Assembly: GCA_951406725.2 (NCBI GenBank)
Contig: OX597815.1
Span: 21,452,001-21,516,000, forward strand
Direction of reading: 5' to 3'
DNA from: Octopus vulgaris
Taxonomy: Eukaryota
Length of the DNA stretch: 64,000 nucleotides
In this document: positions 28,598-42,653 of the stretch, piece by piece
Layout of the letters: each line of letters starts with the position of its first letter
How positions within the stretch are numbered: position 1 is the stretch's first letter
Notes under the pieces: model-generated
Seen by the model: only the letters and a program-made list of their open reading frames with translations
What the model was told of the DNA's origin: nothing
The model's database searches: none
Made by a program: the position numbers and the translations under genes

Positions 28598-28600
<3 letters not shown>
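28333..28600 (-). mobile_element. tRNA-derived SINE, same head and body as 22132-22519 but a different 3' tail
   Basis: Near-identical head and body; inserted in a (TA)n tract. Confidence 0.85.
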
Positions 28601-28660
<60 letters not shown>

Positions 28661-29931
28661 ATATATATGTATATATATATACACACACACACACATACTA
28701 TGTCTGAGATAGATACAATACAGGATGTCACAGCTTTATCAGAATAGTTCTAGTGCTAAATAACCACCAAATTTATGAACAAGCCAACGAGTCTTAGACA
28801 ACACTAAAAAGTTAGTGGGAATATTTATCTCTTTAAAAGAGAGACAAGATTATTAATAATTTTACGAGTAATTTGGAAGTATACAGAAATTCGATTTGTT
28901 TTCCATTGTAATCAGCTGTTGCATCTCTTTTTCTATGTATGTAGTATTTGGGTAGGTTACACATAATCACTTTAATCACCATTATCTCTTTAAGGAGAAT
29001 GTGTTCATTTCCCCTTCACTTTTATTATCTTGTAGGTGGCAAAATGACCAACAGGCGAATGTATTGCACTGTCAGTACATATAACATAAGTTCATGTTCC
29101 CCAGTGATGATTTGTTGTATCAGTACACTGTAACACAATATGTGTTTTCAAATTTATAATGTGGAGTTGTTAAGACACAGTTAAAAGAACTAGTAGTGAG
29201 GTGGTAGAGTAATAAAAATGTTAGCATGTAAGTAATATGAGGGAAATTACCAAAAGGATAAATTATTTGGATACCCAATAGATTTGTTGCAAAGTCAGAT
29301 CTGCATCATTTCATTTTTGTTCGACAGGTACATTTTATTATATGCACCTCTTTTCACCTCTTGTGCATAAGCACAAGATGCTATGCTTCAGAAACTTGAG
29401 CTAAGTACCAATTTTGATTTACGGTGGCTCATCGGAATATAACATTAATTCTTTCCATAAAATTCTTGGCTAGAAACTGTTCAATTGAGTGTATACATTA
29501 TGTTTTAGCTGTGCCAGTTCTTTAGAGTTGTGTTTCTTTTTCCTTTGGTGTTTCTACAATAATTTTTTTTCATGCTCACATAATTGTTTTTGTATTATTG
29601 CCAGTGCAGTCATTTTTATAGCTGAATGCTAACAATCTGTAGAAAGCATGGCACCTATTGTTAGTCAAGCTTGCAAATCTGCTGCAGGTGTATAACACAA
29701 GGGTTGTACTCAAGATCTTATCGTCAGTAGTCTTACTTCTCTATCATATTAGAAACTTAGAAAATTAAAAATTTCCGTTCTATAAAATGCATAGTTATAG
29801 ATCCAGAGAAAAACTTAAACCACAATTAACTACGTTGTCAAATATGTAACATACTGTATATTTTTCAGCAGCCTCAGTATCTTTTGAATTCTTTTTGCTA
29901 GACAAGCTAAGTTTACTTATACTGTGTTATA

Positions 29932-30625
29932 CAATAATCCCTCAACTATTGCGGGTGTTATGTTCCAGAACCCCGCCGCAACAGGTGAAAATTTGTGAAG
30001 TAGAAACAGTACCATACTGTATATTTTAAAAAATTATTTTCATAATTTGTATTTATTTATTTTATTATAAATACAAAACAACACCACACACTTGCCTCCC
30101 AAGTTCCATTTTCCATACATATGTGCAGTTCTTTGTTTACTCATCTATGGTACACTACATATTTTCTTTTAGTATATTTTAATTAATGTGTTGTACTGTG
30201 CAGTACTAGACATGTTAGCACGCCGGGCAAAATGCTTAGCGGTATTTCGTCTGTCGTTATGTTCTGAGTTCAAATTCCGCCGAGGTCGACTTTGTCTTTC
30301 ATCCTTTCGGGGTCGATAAATAAAGTACCAGTTTCACACTGGGGTCGATGTAATCGACTTAATCCCTTTGTCTGTCCTTGTTTGTCCCCTCTATGTTTAG
30401 CCCCTTGTGGGCAATAAAGAAATATATATTTATTAATTATTAGGTGTGAAAATGCTTATTTTACCACAAAAATAATTAAAATCTAAAAAAATGTAAATAC
30501 TTATTGGCTGCAGAAACCCACAATATACTGAGGAGTCCACGATATAAATTTACATATATTAGCCAAAAAATCTGTGATGTACTGAGGGTGCAATAGGTGA
30601 ACCGCAATATGGCGAGTGATTACTG
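29932..30625. mobile_element. Tigger/pogo-like MITE with nested SINE (30210-30423)
   Basis: ta-caataatccctcaactattgcgg ... ccgcaatatggcgagtgattactg-ta, imperfect TIRs with TA TSD. Confidence 0.75.
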
Positions 30626-32439
30626 TATTTAAAGTCTCGTCTGGCACCTGTGCCGGTGGCACGTAAAAAGCACCCACTACACTCATAGAGTGGTTGGCGT
30701 TAGGAAGGGCATCCAGCCGTAGAAACATTGCCAGATCAGACTGGGCCTGGTGCAGCCTTCTGGCTTCCAAGACCCCAGTTGAACTGTCCAACCCATGCTA
30801 GCATGGAAAGCGGACGCTAAACGATGATGATGATGAAACACCTAAATGAAAGCCTGCAATTCTCCACAGTACCAGTATTTTTGTTAAACTTAATATTATA
30901 AACTGTTGAAGGATTTATAATAGTGTTCCAATTCCCATTTACTGTATATTTTTTCAGTTTCCTGTTGCTATGTTAGTTACATACTTTTTTTTTCACAGTC
31001 TTTTTTAACTTAGTTACTCTTAGAAGCCATTTTCATTAAATAGATACAAAGGCAGATACAAAATATGTTGGTATTGGCCACCATTCTTTTCAACTTAGAT
31101 GTAAACAATGGTAGAGTTGGCAGTTAGGAAGAAAATTTGAAGTACAAGAAAATATGTTGGACAATTGTGTTACTGGATGCCAGTGTAGATATGGTGTGTC
31201 TAGGTTGTGTTGATGATGCATGTGTATGAAAGATTTGATTGTGGTATTGTCTGCTTAGGAGTTAGTTTGTGGTTAGGGGTAATAGCAAGGAAGTAATAGA
31301 GGGAGTAGTATGAGAGACAGCTGAACTCTTAGGTGTGCTAAGGTTACTAGAATGTGGATTGGAGAGAGTTCTGTTGATACACTGTGATTGAATGATCAAA
31401 TAAGAAACTTCCCCTCCAAGATATGAGACAAATGGGAGTCCATAGGTTGATAACATAGTAAGGAGATCCTTGTTTCAAACACAATTTAACACTTTACTGA
31501 TGTCAAGGCTATAATATATCTGTTATTGTGGGTGAGAAACTCCAGGTGTGAGGTCTAACAAAGTAGGTTTCCAGTTTATCTGGCTGTTTTGGGGGTTGGA
31601 GGTGAATAAGACTCAAGATGATTAAAGAGTATTTGCTTTCAAATTTTTGAGATTTTGGAAGTGAAGGAATATTTTTCACTTCTGACAAATACAAAGCTTT
31701 TGTTCAAATATCATTAAAGGGTACTGACAAAAGGTGCAGAAGAATATCAACTTTATACCTATTAATGGAATTTAGTACTTTAGTTTATGGTTTGGTTGTA
31801 GGTTGTTGCCTTTTCATACTGATATAGGTTGTTGCTGGTGTTGTACGTAAATATTTTCTAGTTAAGTCTTCCACCTTAAACTTATTTTCTTTGGATTAAT
31901 GAACCATTACTAATGATAACTGAGATATTAATTAGCTAAAACTGCAGGGACAATTGTTACAGAAGACAAATCTAAGGTAACAGATCAGTTTGTAAAGATA
32001 CTTCATGCATGACCATGCTTTCAGTTTTTTCATTTTCAAGATTTGGGCTTATTACTCATAAGGTCAATTAAATATATATTGAGTATATGAACTAATTAAT
32101 AGTACACTTTTAAGGATTCTTGAGATATATCAGCTCATTGTTTTTCATTCTGGTTTTTGAAGCTTTAACAATAATTCAGTATTTTGTACTTCATGTTTCT
32201 CAAGAAGTAAGGTTATTGTCTGTGACAGTTACATGACTTTATTTATCTCTCTCTCTCTCGTGTTGTTTTCTCTCTACCTTCTTTTACTTTCTTTTCACCC
32301 CAAAGTGCCCATTATGTCTGAGTTGGCAAGATCTTTGCCATTTAATGTGCAAACTACAGAAATACCAGGTTTTTCTGTATTTCAGGTTTTAATTAATAGT
32401 TGAAAAAAATTACTATGGAAAAACATTAATTCATAAAAA

Positions 32440-32930
32440 AAATATGCCATCATATTCTATTGTCTTTTGCCATTGTTGTACCAGAAGCTCAATTCCATGC
32501 TCATACCATTTGGCTGGTTTAGAGGTTAAAAAAAAACTCCCTGCACTCATTTTCGACCTTGTCTATATCGTTGAACCTCTGTCCATGCAGGAAATGAGTC
32601 ATGGCTCTGAGAAGGTGCTAATCTGATGGCACAAGGTTTGAACTGTAAGCTGGGTTGGCAACACTTTTAGACCCTCAAGTTTGTGCTTGGTCTCATTGGC
32701 AGTGTGTGCTGGGGCATTGTCATACAATCAGTGTGCGTCTTTGATTGACCAATACTGGGTAGTGCACTTTCAAAGCCTCATATAATTGCTGCAGTTGTTG
32801 AGCATAAAGGTTAGTGTTCACAACATGATTGTCTGGGACAAGCTCAAGGTGCAACGACACTCCCTCAAAATTCCACCAAACACGTAACATGACTTTCTGT
32901 TCAGACCGCCTTTGTTTGACAACAGGTTCT
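32440..32930 (-). mobile_element. Decayed mariner transposase, catalytic region
   Basis: KVMLRVWWNFEGV..LELVP....NTNLYAQQLQQL...L...YPVLVNQR matches the mariner KVMLCVWWD motif. Confidence 0.85.
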
Positions 32931-35900
32931 GAAGCCTTTAAGTTTCTGTCTTTCAAAATCACTGACAAGGCTTTGGGCAGCTTGGAGTTACAGTAGAAGA
33001 TATATGTCCAAGATGCCATGTGGTAGGACTTAACCTGAAACAATGTGGAAAGCCATTAATTTATTTTATTTTCAAACTACAATGAGAGGATTATGTAATT
33101 TCTACTAATTTTGCAAGGGCTGATATAATATTCTTTGTGAGTGCTGCTCTGCATTAGTGTTTAAATTGAAACTTGTAACCATAGTCTGAAAGCTTCAGTG
33201 CCATAATGACACAACCATCATTCTGTATTAATTAAGACTTCAGCTGGAATAAGACTTTGGTGAGTCATATTTCTCTTGAATAATTGTTTAATTGTAGAAT
33301 AGAAAACTACCTTGTTTTAGTGAGAAGTTAGAGCAAAGAGACAAAGTTGGGTAAATGAAAATAGTGGAAATTTGGCAAATAGCCAGATACATTAGGTGCA
33401 ACTTGAAGATTTAGTCGCTTGTGTTTGCTTGTCAGGCAGCATATGTAGAATTAGCCTACAATACCCCTCCTCTGCTCATACACAAGCATCCATACACTCT
33501 CTGTATGTGTGCTCATGCAGTCAAAAGTTTCAGGGTTTTTTTATTGAGCTAAGTAGCCAAGTTTTTAAAATTTGCAAATAGATATTACTTTCTACCTTTG
33601 TGGATAAATACTAATTGATATTTATAGAACTTTTAGCATATTATTTTTCAATAGTTTGTGTGTGTGAGAAGAGAGAGAGATTCATTCTTAGACATGGAAT
33701 ATTTATCACTATCGTGGGAGGAACTTCTATTATTTCATTATTGGACAAGTATATCTTTAAATTACTTTTTGTATATTTGTATCTCACCAAAAATAGTTTT
33801 AGTTTTAGCTGATCTGAATAATGTTAATTGTTTCATTATCACTCTTAATTAATTAAGAGATAATTAAGATAATTGTGTGTTTACCATTAAAACAAAATAT
33901 AAAAAGTGAAACAAAGAAAATAAGATGTTTGACTGTTAGTGACGAAGTCTTCAAGATTTTAATTGTATTTCTTGACTTGTTGCCAACTAAATAGGAGACT
34001 CAGACTTTTCTGAGCTTCTTGGTGGTGTACAAAACATTTCTGCTAATTCAGTCACATGACCTACACATTTACATCAAACAGAAAATTATGTATTACACTA
34101 TTTTCACAAGAGGCTGCTCACATGTCACACCATTCTGGTCTCACATGTTAATCAGTGCTGTTTACATAATATGGGGTTTCCCACATTAGCTTGACCTGTT
34201 AGAACTAACAGCCAAATCTCCCTCATCACATTGGGTAATGTAGTTTTAGATACATTACATTTGTGAAAAAGGTTGGGATGGTCTTGACTGGAATGGCTTT
34301 GAACATAGGACTTCTTGATCAGAACTGATCTGAGAATAAAATAAAGTTAATTACTCATAGAGACACCATATCTCGTTATGCAACCATAATACACCACCAA
34401 GTATATTAAAGACTTTATAAGCTAATACTGTGTCCTATACCATGTCAGTAATGCTATTAAATCAGTTTTTAAGATTATCTGTACAGATTTTCTACAGAAA
34501 TTATAGCCATCTCTGATTTCTTACATTAGACATACTTGGATGTGAAACAACAAATCCGTGCTGGCTATAATTTCTATAGAAAATCTACAGTGATAGCTTT
34601 AAGTGTAAAAAGGTTGTACCATGCTTCTAATATATATTACATGACATTCATCAGGCATGTTACTCCTCATTAGTCAAGTTTTATGGTATGTTGTGTTAGT
34701 ATTTTGGTCAGTTGTAATACTCCATAGTTTGTTTGTTTCTGACCAGGCATATTACATCTTGCTGTGTATGAAAATGTTTGTTCACAAGCTTTTTCAAAAA
34801 TGAAATAAGTGAAATCCAAGGTTAGATCAAGTTTTTCTAACCTGCATCTGTATCTTTTTGTAACTAATCTAAGGGGAGATTATCAAGCTTGTTGTGACAG
34901 TTCAGTCTCATGTATCTCATGAAAATTGCCATCATTCTTTTCAAAATAGAACTTTTAGTTTTTTAAAATATCTCCTCAAATCTAAATCTTTTCTTTTTGT
35001 AGATAACAACATGCACTATTTTCATGCTTTGCATCTTATGTGATGTATGCATATGCTTTTTCTGATAATTTCAAATCTAAATTTGCTTCTTCAAATAAGC
35101 TCTTTTGTGTGAAAAGGCTGGAAACCATTGCACAACGCTATACCAGTTCCACTCTAAATGCTTTACCTTCAGACACTTATGTACTTGTATAATACACACT
35201 TATACATCCACACACTAAATGGAATCTCATTGATTTTAATGCACGAGTGTCCAGTTGTTCGATCTACAAAATTACTTACTCATTGAATTAGCTTGCTAAG
35301 TGGCTGAGCATTCCAAATATACATTCACCCTTATTGTAATTCTTAGGTAGTATTAGTGTGTTACAGGTGTGACAAGACTGGACATTTGAATGACAGGTGC
35401 TATCCACCCAACTTCTATTTCGGTTCCATCTACGCAAGTTTGTTCATTAGGCATGAGTCGACCCATGTTAATGATAAATGCACCTTTCCAAGTTGTTATC
35501 CAGTGGGATTGAACCTGGGGGCCTAATGGTTACAAAGGGAACTTTCTTGCCATTCAACACACACACACACATGTGTGTGTGTGCACATGCAGTCATAACT
35601 GCAATCCTTCTTTATATTTACTCTGAGTTCAAATTCTGCTGAGGTCAGCTTCATCTTTCATGCTTTTAAAGTTGATAAAATAAATGCCAATCAAACTGGT
35701 GGATTGGTGAACTGTAAGAACATTGGACTGGATGCCTTGTGGTTTTTGTTTGGTTCTTTGCATTCTGAGTTCAAATCCTGTTATAGCCTATTTGGGGAGT
35801 AGACTTAATCCATTGGCCAGCTTAACACCATCACCTGGCACCCTGAATGTTCCTTTAGTATTGTTCGCTTTGTTGAAGCATTTGAACTAAGATTCTCGGA

Positions 35901-37540
35901 TTCTCGCTTGAGGGTACCTCCTCCCTCTTCTCATCATCTTGGAGGCCTTATAAAGGGTCATGAACACTGTTTTCTCTGCTGATTAAAAGATAAAATTATA
36001 TACATATTGCTTCTTGATCTTGTGCACACCACATAATAATAAGGTATTTGTGTATGTTAGGTTTGTCCATATGTATAAATTTAAGCACTCGCTTAAGAAT
36101 GCTAGTAGTAGTAGTTAAGGCAGTTATCGTTGATGAATGTAGAAACCATTTTAAGATTTACATTTGTTTTGTATTAGTTTTTAAGATATATATAGTTGAT
36201 TCTGATCAGAATTGAATATATTTTCATTGCTGTGTATTTGAAAGTGTACTTTGTTACTAACCACTTCCTGCCAATTACAAGGAATCAAAATTTGTGTTCC
36301 AACCAGTCCATCTTGTTCGTTTCTGTTCTGACTTACAAGAGGTTTCAGTGAAAAATACATTCTTGTAAGCAACCTGGTTACACTCTGTATAGTATAGTAT
36401 AATCATGGTCTCACAACAGATGGGGACTTGGTACATCCTGAAAATATGTGTGGGTTGCTTTGAAATATCTGGTCAACTACTTCAGTTTATAGTTCCACAG
36501 AAGCAAAGTTGACAGTGGCACTCAATATTAACACTAATTCTATTCCATATTTATGATTGAATTTTAAGGTAGCTTCATATGTTTATGTAGTAGAACATCT
36601 CTCTTGTTTACTGTCAGAATACCTTTATTATATTATACAGCTGAATGATGTGAGACAGGCTTGTACATATTGTAAGACAGGTCTGTGCATTTCAGTCATA
36701 TTGTTTTAAGAATTCATAAAATTGTTAAATGATAGATTTTCAAATAATTGAAGGTTTTAAATATGTCTCTTATTCATCATCATCGTTTAACATCCGTTCT
36801 CCATGCTAGCATGGGTTGGACGGTTCGACCGGGGATCTGGGAAGCCAGAAGGCTGCACCAGGCTCCGGTCTTATCTGGCAATGTTTCTACAGCTAGATGC
36901 CCTTCCTAACGCCAACCACTCCGTGAGTGTAGTGGGTGATTGGTGCATTTTACGTGCCACCTGCACGGAAGCTAGTCGAGGCAGCACTGGCTTCGGCCAC
37001 GATTCGGATGGTGCTTTGAGAAACTATGGGGAATCTAAATTCTACCATTTTTGCATCAAAATGAATAGACTGTACCTTACCTCATTTGCCCCCTATTCTG
37101 TTCATTTTCTGGTTAAACAATCATCTTGCAAATAGTTTATTATTAGGATATTTTATATTTAAACATCATCTATTTGTTTAATTTTATATCAATTTGTCTC
37201 TGTTGGATAACATGAAGTGGTCTTAGAAAATTGAACAATTACACATTGTTGAAGCAATTTGTTTCAATTCTGGATAATATAATTATTATCAGTTTAAAAA
37301 CTAAAATGAACAACATTGTGTCTGTTGAGGGTCACAAACAATGACAGTTATAAGATTTCAGCATGTGGTCCCTAGTCCAGCAGTTTGACTTCATAATTGT
37401 TCTTTTGTTTTATCATTAATATCACACATTCTTTTCATCATCTTTATTTCTGTTTGAACCCTTTGTATAAATATCCTTAAATTGAGATAATTGACACATA
37501 ACTCTGTATTCCAACTCTTTTCTGAATATGATGTCTGTTG

Positions 37541-38292
37541 TCATCATCATCATCATCATTTAACATCTGCTTGGCATGGGTCAGATGATTTGACTGAAAA
37601 CTGGTAAGCTGGGGAGTTGCACCATGTTCCAATCTGATTTGGTGTGGTTTCTATGGCTGGCTGCCATTCCAAGAGTGTAGTGGGTGGTTTTTACGTGGTA
37701 CCAACACAGCACTGGCATCAGCCCCGACTATGATCTCACTTGGTTCGACAGGTCTTCACAAGCGCGGGTTATCAGTCACTAGTCACTGCCTCCATGAGAC
37801 CCAACGCTTGAACGATGCTTTTTATGTGTCACTGGCACAGGTGCCCACTACTACGATCTCACTTGGTTTGACAGGTCTTCACAAGCTTTTGTAAAATCCA
37901 TATCCTAGTCGTCTTTCTCAACTGAATAAATACTTCCAAGATTCAAATGGAAATTGTAGTTAAGACACCTGTGCTCGTGACATGAAAAAAGTACCGTCCA
38001 AACGTGGCAGATGCCAGCGCCGCCTGACTGGCGTCCATGTCGGTGTCACGTAAAAGCACCAACCGATTGTGGCCGTTTGCCAGCCTGCTCTGGCCCCTGT
38101 GCTGGTGGCACATAAAAAACACCCACTACACTCACGGAGTGGTTGGCATTAGGAAGGGCATCCAGCTGTAGAAACATTGCCAAATCAGACTAGAGTCTGG
38201 TGCAGCCTCCATGTCTTACCAGACCTCGGTCGAACCGTCCAACCCATGCTAGCATGGAAAACGGACGTTAAATGATGATAATGATGATGATC
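37541..38292. mobile_element. Two RTE 3' tails joined head-to-head
   Basis: (cat)n at the left end and (atg)n at the right end; internal ~38-bp direct duplication at about 37727 and 37849. Confidence 0.8.
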
Positions 38293-39000
38293 CTCATTAT
38301 CATCGTCATTATCATCATTTAATGTTTTCTGTGCTGGTATGAGTTGGAGGGTTTGACAAGGACTAGCATGTCAGAAGACTGCACCAAGATCTGCTGTCTG
38401 CTTTGGCATGGCTTTTACAGCTGGCTGCCCTTAACATCAACCACTTTACAGTGTGTACAGAGTGCTTTTTACATGGCACCAGCAGCAGTGAGGTCACTAA
38501 GTAAATAGTAAGACATGACCCCTCAACTGTGTGTGTATGTGTGTGTGTGTGGGAGTATTGAAAGACAAAATTTACATGGTTACCTCAGGAGAGAGATAAT
38601 GGTGAAGATGTGACAGGGAGGGGGCAGGGGCAATGCACCCAAGTTACAAGACATTTATAGTGAAGTGGTTTGGGAATTAGAGAGGGTGAGTGGGTGGGTT
38701 GGCTGAGGGAATGTAATGAATTGACACAGGTAAGAGGGGGGTTATTGGGAGGATATGTTGAGGGGGATTCAACAGGAGCATACTTGTGCATGTTGGTACA
38801 TGAGGGAGAATGGTGGAATGGAGAAACACTGCAGTGGTGAGCATTGGTGGGGATGATGGTGGTGAGTGGGGGACATGGACACAAGGGATATGTCTTTATG
38901 TCATTTTACTTAACTGGGCAGGTCTTCTCAAGCACAGCAAATTGCTAATTGTATTGGTTTTTTGTCATCTCTTCTGTGAGGCTCAGTATTAGAAGACCAT

Positions 39001-39275
39001 TTCTTATAACTTTGTCCTTCTTATACTTTGTCCTTCTTACACTTTGCTCTTCTTACACTTTGCTCTTCTTACACTTTGTCCTTCTTACACTTTGCCCTTC
39101 TTACACTTAGCCCTTCTTACACTTAGCCCTTCTTACACTTAGCCCTTCTTACACTTAGCCCTTCTTATACTTTGCCCTTCTTATACTTTGCCCTTCTTAT
39201 ACTTTGCCCTTCTTATACTTTGCCCTTCTTATACTTTGTCCTTCTTATACTTTGTCCTTCATACACTTTGTCCTT
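39001..39275. repeat. 16-bp minisatellite, about 17 copies (ttcttayacttwgycc)
   Basis: Directly visible; lies inside a decayed RTE 3' fragment (about 38900-39440). Confidence 0.95.
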
Positions 39276-39983
39276 AGTGTTCTTTCACAGGTCATGACCA
39301 TATCAGCAGTCTCTGCTCTTGCATGCTGTAACTGATGCTTCTTATACCCAATTTTTTTCTCAAAACCTTTACCCTATGTCATACATGCATGCTGACATTG
39401 CACATAGAGCAGAGCATGCTGGCTTCATTTCTTTCAAGCTTTTGCATTCTAAATTTTGTCTTATTTGCTTTCTAAACTTCATCAGTTTTCATCATTTATT
39501 TGAATATTCCTCTTCCTGCATTACTGATATCTATCTCACCTCACCTTTTCTCTGTCACTCTTTGAAATTATTGTCATTAATCTCAGGTCAGTCCTGATTG
39601 AGTAAAAGTATTCCATATTCTGTTTATTAGTGGCTGTATCATTCCCTATGTCTTCCTTTTAAAAACAATTGGGTGGTTTGAAATATAACTGCTATTTCTA
39701 ACAACAGATCTGACCATTCTTAATCAGTGCATTTCTACTCCACAATAACTGTTACTCAGAAACCATCTGGTACTTCAACTCCTTGAGAAGTAGGATTGGG
39801 TTTACCTGTTGTATGCAGATTAGCCTTGGCAACAAATATAGTTCCTCTGAACTAAGATTTATCCAAGGCTGTTACGTGGATCATAATGTTATCTTTACCT
39901 ATATATAAGAATTAAGATATAAATTCAAATTAGGCAATCAACTTTTTTTTACATAATCATGCAGTTATAAATTCAACTTAAAA

Positions 39984-40024
<41 letters not shown>

Positions 40025-40524
40025 CTTTATTGCCCACAATGAGCTAAACATATAGGGGACAAACAAGGGGATTAAGTCGATTACATCGACTCCAGTGTGA
40101 AACTGGTACTTTATTTATCGACCCCGAAAGGATGAAAGGCAAAGTTGACCGCGGCGGAGTTTGAACTCAGAACATAGCGGCAGACAAAATACGCCTACGC
40201 ATTTTGCCCAACGTGCTAACATTTCTGCCAGCTCGCTGCCTTAAAATGCACATATATATATATATATAAAAATTATAAAAAAACCCACCTTTTATCAATT
40301 CAATAATGAAAAATTAAATTATACCATCTATATATATTATATATAAAATACATGTAAATAAAACCCATGTGGGATATATATATGGAAAGAAGTGTGAGAA
40401 AAAGAACTGATAAACAGTTTTTTCATACTAAAATTAAGAGAGGTTAAGATTAAAAGATCCATAGAATTCAATGTGTTTTTTTTTAAATATATAAATAGTA
40501 TATAATACAATTCGAGGAAGTCCA

Positions 40525-40617
40525 CTTTCTATGGCTGTTTCCAGAGTTCATGTCCTGGTAGAAAAATTAATAGAAATCTTACAAACCATGTGGACAATGT
40601 CCCCTTCATCAGGAAAG
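40525..40617 (-). ncRNA. Degenerate type I hammerhead ribozyme
   Basis: Minus strand reads ctttc-CTGATGA-aggggacattgtcc...ggacatgaactctg-GAAAC-agcc-ATA-gaaag. Stem I ctttc/gaaag is intact; the stem III G is changed to A. Confidence 0.7.
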
Positions 40618-41119
40618 GCATCCTCATAAAATCACATTCTTGACAATTTTTGGTTTATTTCTTTATTATCCATAAGGAGCCAACATACAGTGGGGAGAAA
40701 AAAAACAGATGGAAAGGACGAATAATATAAATAGATGAAAAAATGACAAATGAAATGAAGCCACTTGACCCCTACCTTCATTTAACCTATTAGTTACATT
40801 TTTTTTTCTTTTTAAACAATATTTAAAAACAGTTAATTTCCATCATATCGAAGAATGTTTGTTAAAGTCACTCAAAAGCTTATAATGGCTTACCCACTCT
40901 GGTATCATGTTGGTGTCAATTTTCTTGACCCAGCACTCAACATCCTCATATAACAAATTCCCTTACTCTTGAAATATACTTTGGGTCTGCCACCACACAG
41001 TGGTAGCACCAGGGTATCCCAGTACATCATATAGTGTTCATCTGTATTATTCATTCCTATGGGTCTATCTCTTTTTGCAGTTTATTGTTAGATCCATTGT
41101 ATAAGATGACATAGTTTTT

Positions 41120-42343
41120 CCTCATAGGCTATAGCGGACACTGCCAGATATTTCGAGCATCTCTGCAGTAATTCCTGATGGGCCGGGGGCTTTCCCTGTC
41201 TTCATACTCTTAATTGCTTTATCTACAAAGGTACTGTCAACTCGGATAGCTGGTCCCTCTGTTGGGTTGACATTTGGCAGACTCTCTTTCTCCCATTCAT
41301 TTTCTTTATTCGGCAACCTTTCATAGTGGCATCTACAAACCTCTCTCTTTGCAGCCTCATTTAGTGCAAGAGAACCATCATCCATGCAGACACATTTTTC
41401 TCCTACAAGATCATCATTCTCTCTCACACACTGTCTTATAACATGAAATACCTCAAGTCTTTGGTCCTCACGGCACAGAACATTGGCAAATTTTTTATTA
41501 TTTGCTTCTCCTCTAGCTAAACCTGTGTCCTAGCTTCTCTTTTGGTAGTCTGATACAATTCCCTGCCACCACCATTCTCCCAGTCCTTCCAAGCCTGTTT
41601 CTTTTCTCTAATAGCCCTGTCAACAACATTGTTCCACCACCATGTTATTTTGGGTCTTGAGGGGACTTTGCACCATCCACAGATCTGGTCAGTGGCTCTC
41701 AGCAGGTTGTCCCGTAGAAACCTCCAGTTGTCTTCTACACTGTGTGAAGCTATATCCCCTTCTATTTCGTCAAAGGCTTCGAGTAAGATGTCTCTAAATC
41801 TCTGTCCATTTGCAGGATCTTTAAGCTTTCAGACCCTTCTTTTCCATGCTGGTCGTCTTCTGGGCATCCACTTAGACCTGATCCTAAAGTCACTAACTAC
41901 CAGTCTATGTTGTGGGGTACATTCTTCACCCGGGAAGGTTTTGGCATTTATTAGCAGCCATCTTTAATTTTTTCAGGCAAGCATGTAGTCAATTTGGTTA
42001 GTGTGTCTGCCAGAACGGTGACTAGGTGACTGGCCGGTTTCCTGAAGTTAATATGGCAAACCATAAGATCATTTGCATCACAGAACTCTAGCAGCCTAGT
42101 TTCCTCCTCATTGCGGGAACCAAAACCGTAGCCTTCATGTATGCCATGGAAGCTCCCTGTATGTTGTCCAACATGTCCATTGAAGTTACCAGCCACAAAG
42201 AGAAGGACCCTGTCATTCATCAACGAGGTAGTCTGCAAGAGGGTGTCATAGAATCAGTCTTTCTGTCCATCGGGTAGCCCTGGCTGAGGGGCATAGGCTG
42301 ATATAATGGTTGCTAACCCATGATGAAGCACTAATCTAATCTT
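41120..42343 (-). mobile_element. Decayed RTE fragment: AP-endonuclease and linker
   Basis: VAGNFNGHVG, GYGFGSRNEEETRLLEFCDANDL, WWNN and GKAPGPSGITAEML motifs, with stops and frameshifts. Confidence 0.92.
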
Positions 42344-42605
42344 CCACATGGGTTTTATTTACATGTATTTTTATGTATATATGTATATATAGATTATGAG
42401 AGGTAATGGTGTCATTGAGACCCAAAGGTGTCAAGTAATGCTGAATAAGTGCTATAGATGGACCGCAGTTAAGTTCCAGGTTCGGTGATTATGTAAATAA
42501 GGGGTTCAACGTTGGTCATATGTCAGTGTGTGTATATAAAAATTTCATTTTGTAATGAGATAAAAATAAACAAGGCTGTGTAGATTTTAGAACATTTATA
42601 GATAG

Positions 42606-42653
42606 GTCTTACAGTTGTTTCTAGGATATTTATTATATCCCTTCATCGGAGTC
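42606..42653 (-). ncRNA. Degenerate minimal hammerhead ribozyme
   Basis: Minus strand reads gact-CCGATGA-agggatat-aataa-atatccta-GAAAC-aact-GTA-agac. One core change (CUGA to CCGA) and one stem I mismatch. Confidence 0.65.

Noticed and set aside
29036-29133. Strong acceptor (ttattatcttgtag) suggesting an extra exon
   Set aside because: No phase-compatible canonical donor, no FAM193 similarity, and the frame ends in a stop. It could only be a poison exon, which I cannot support.
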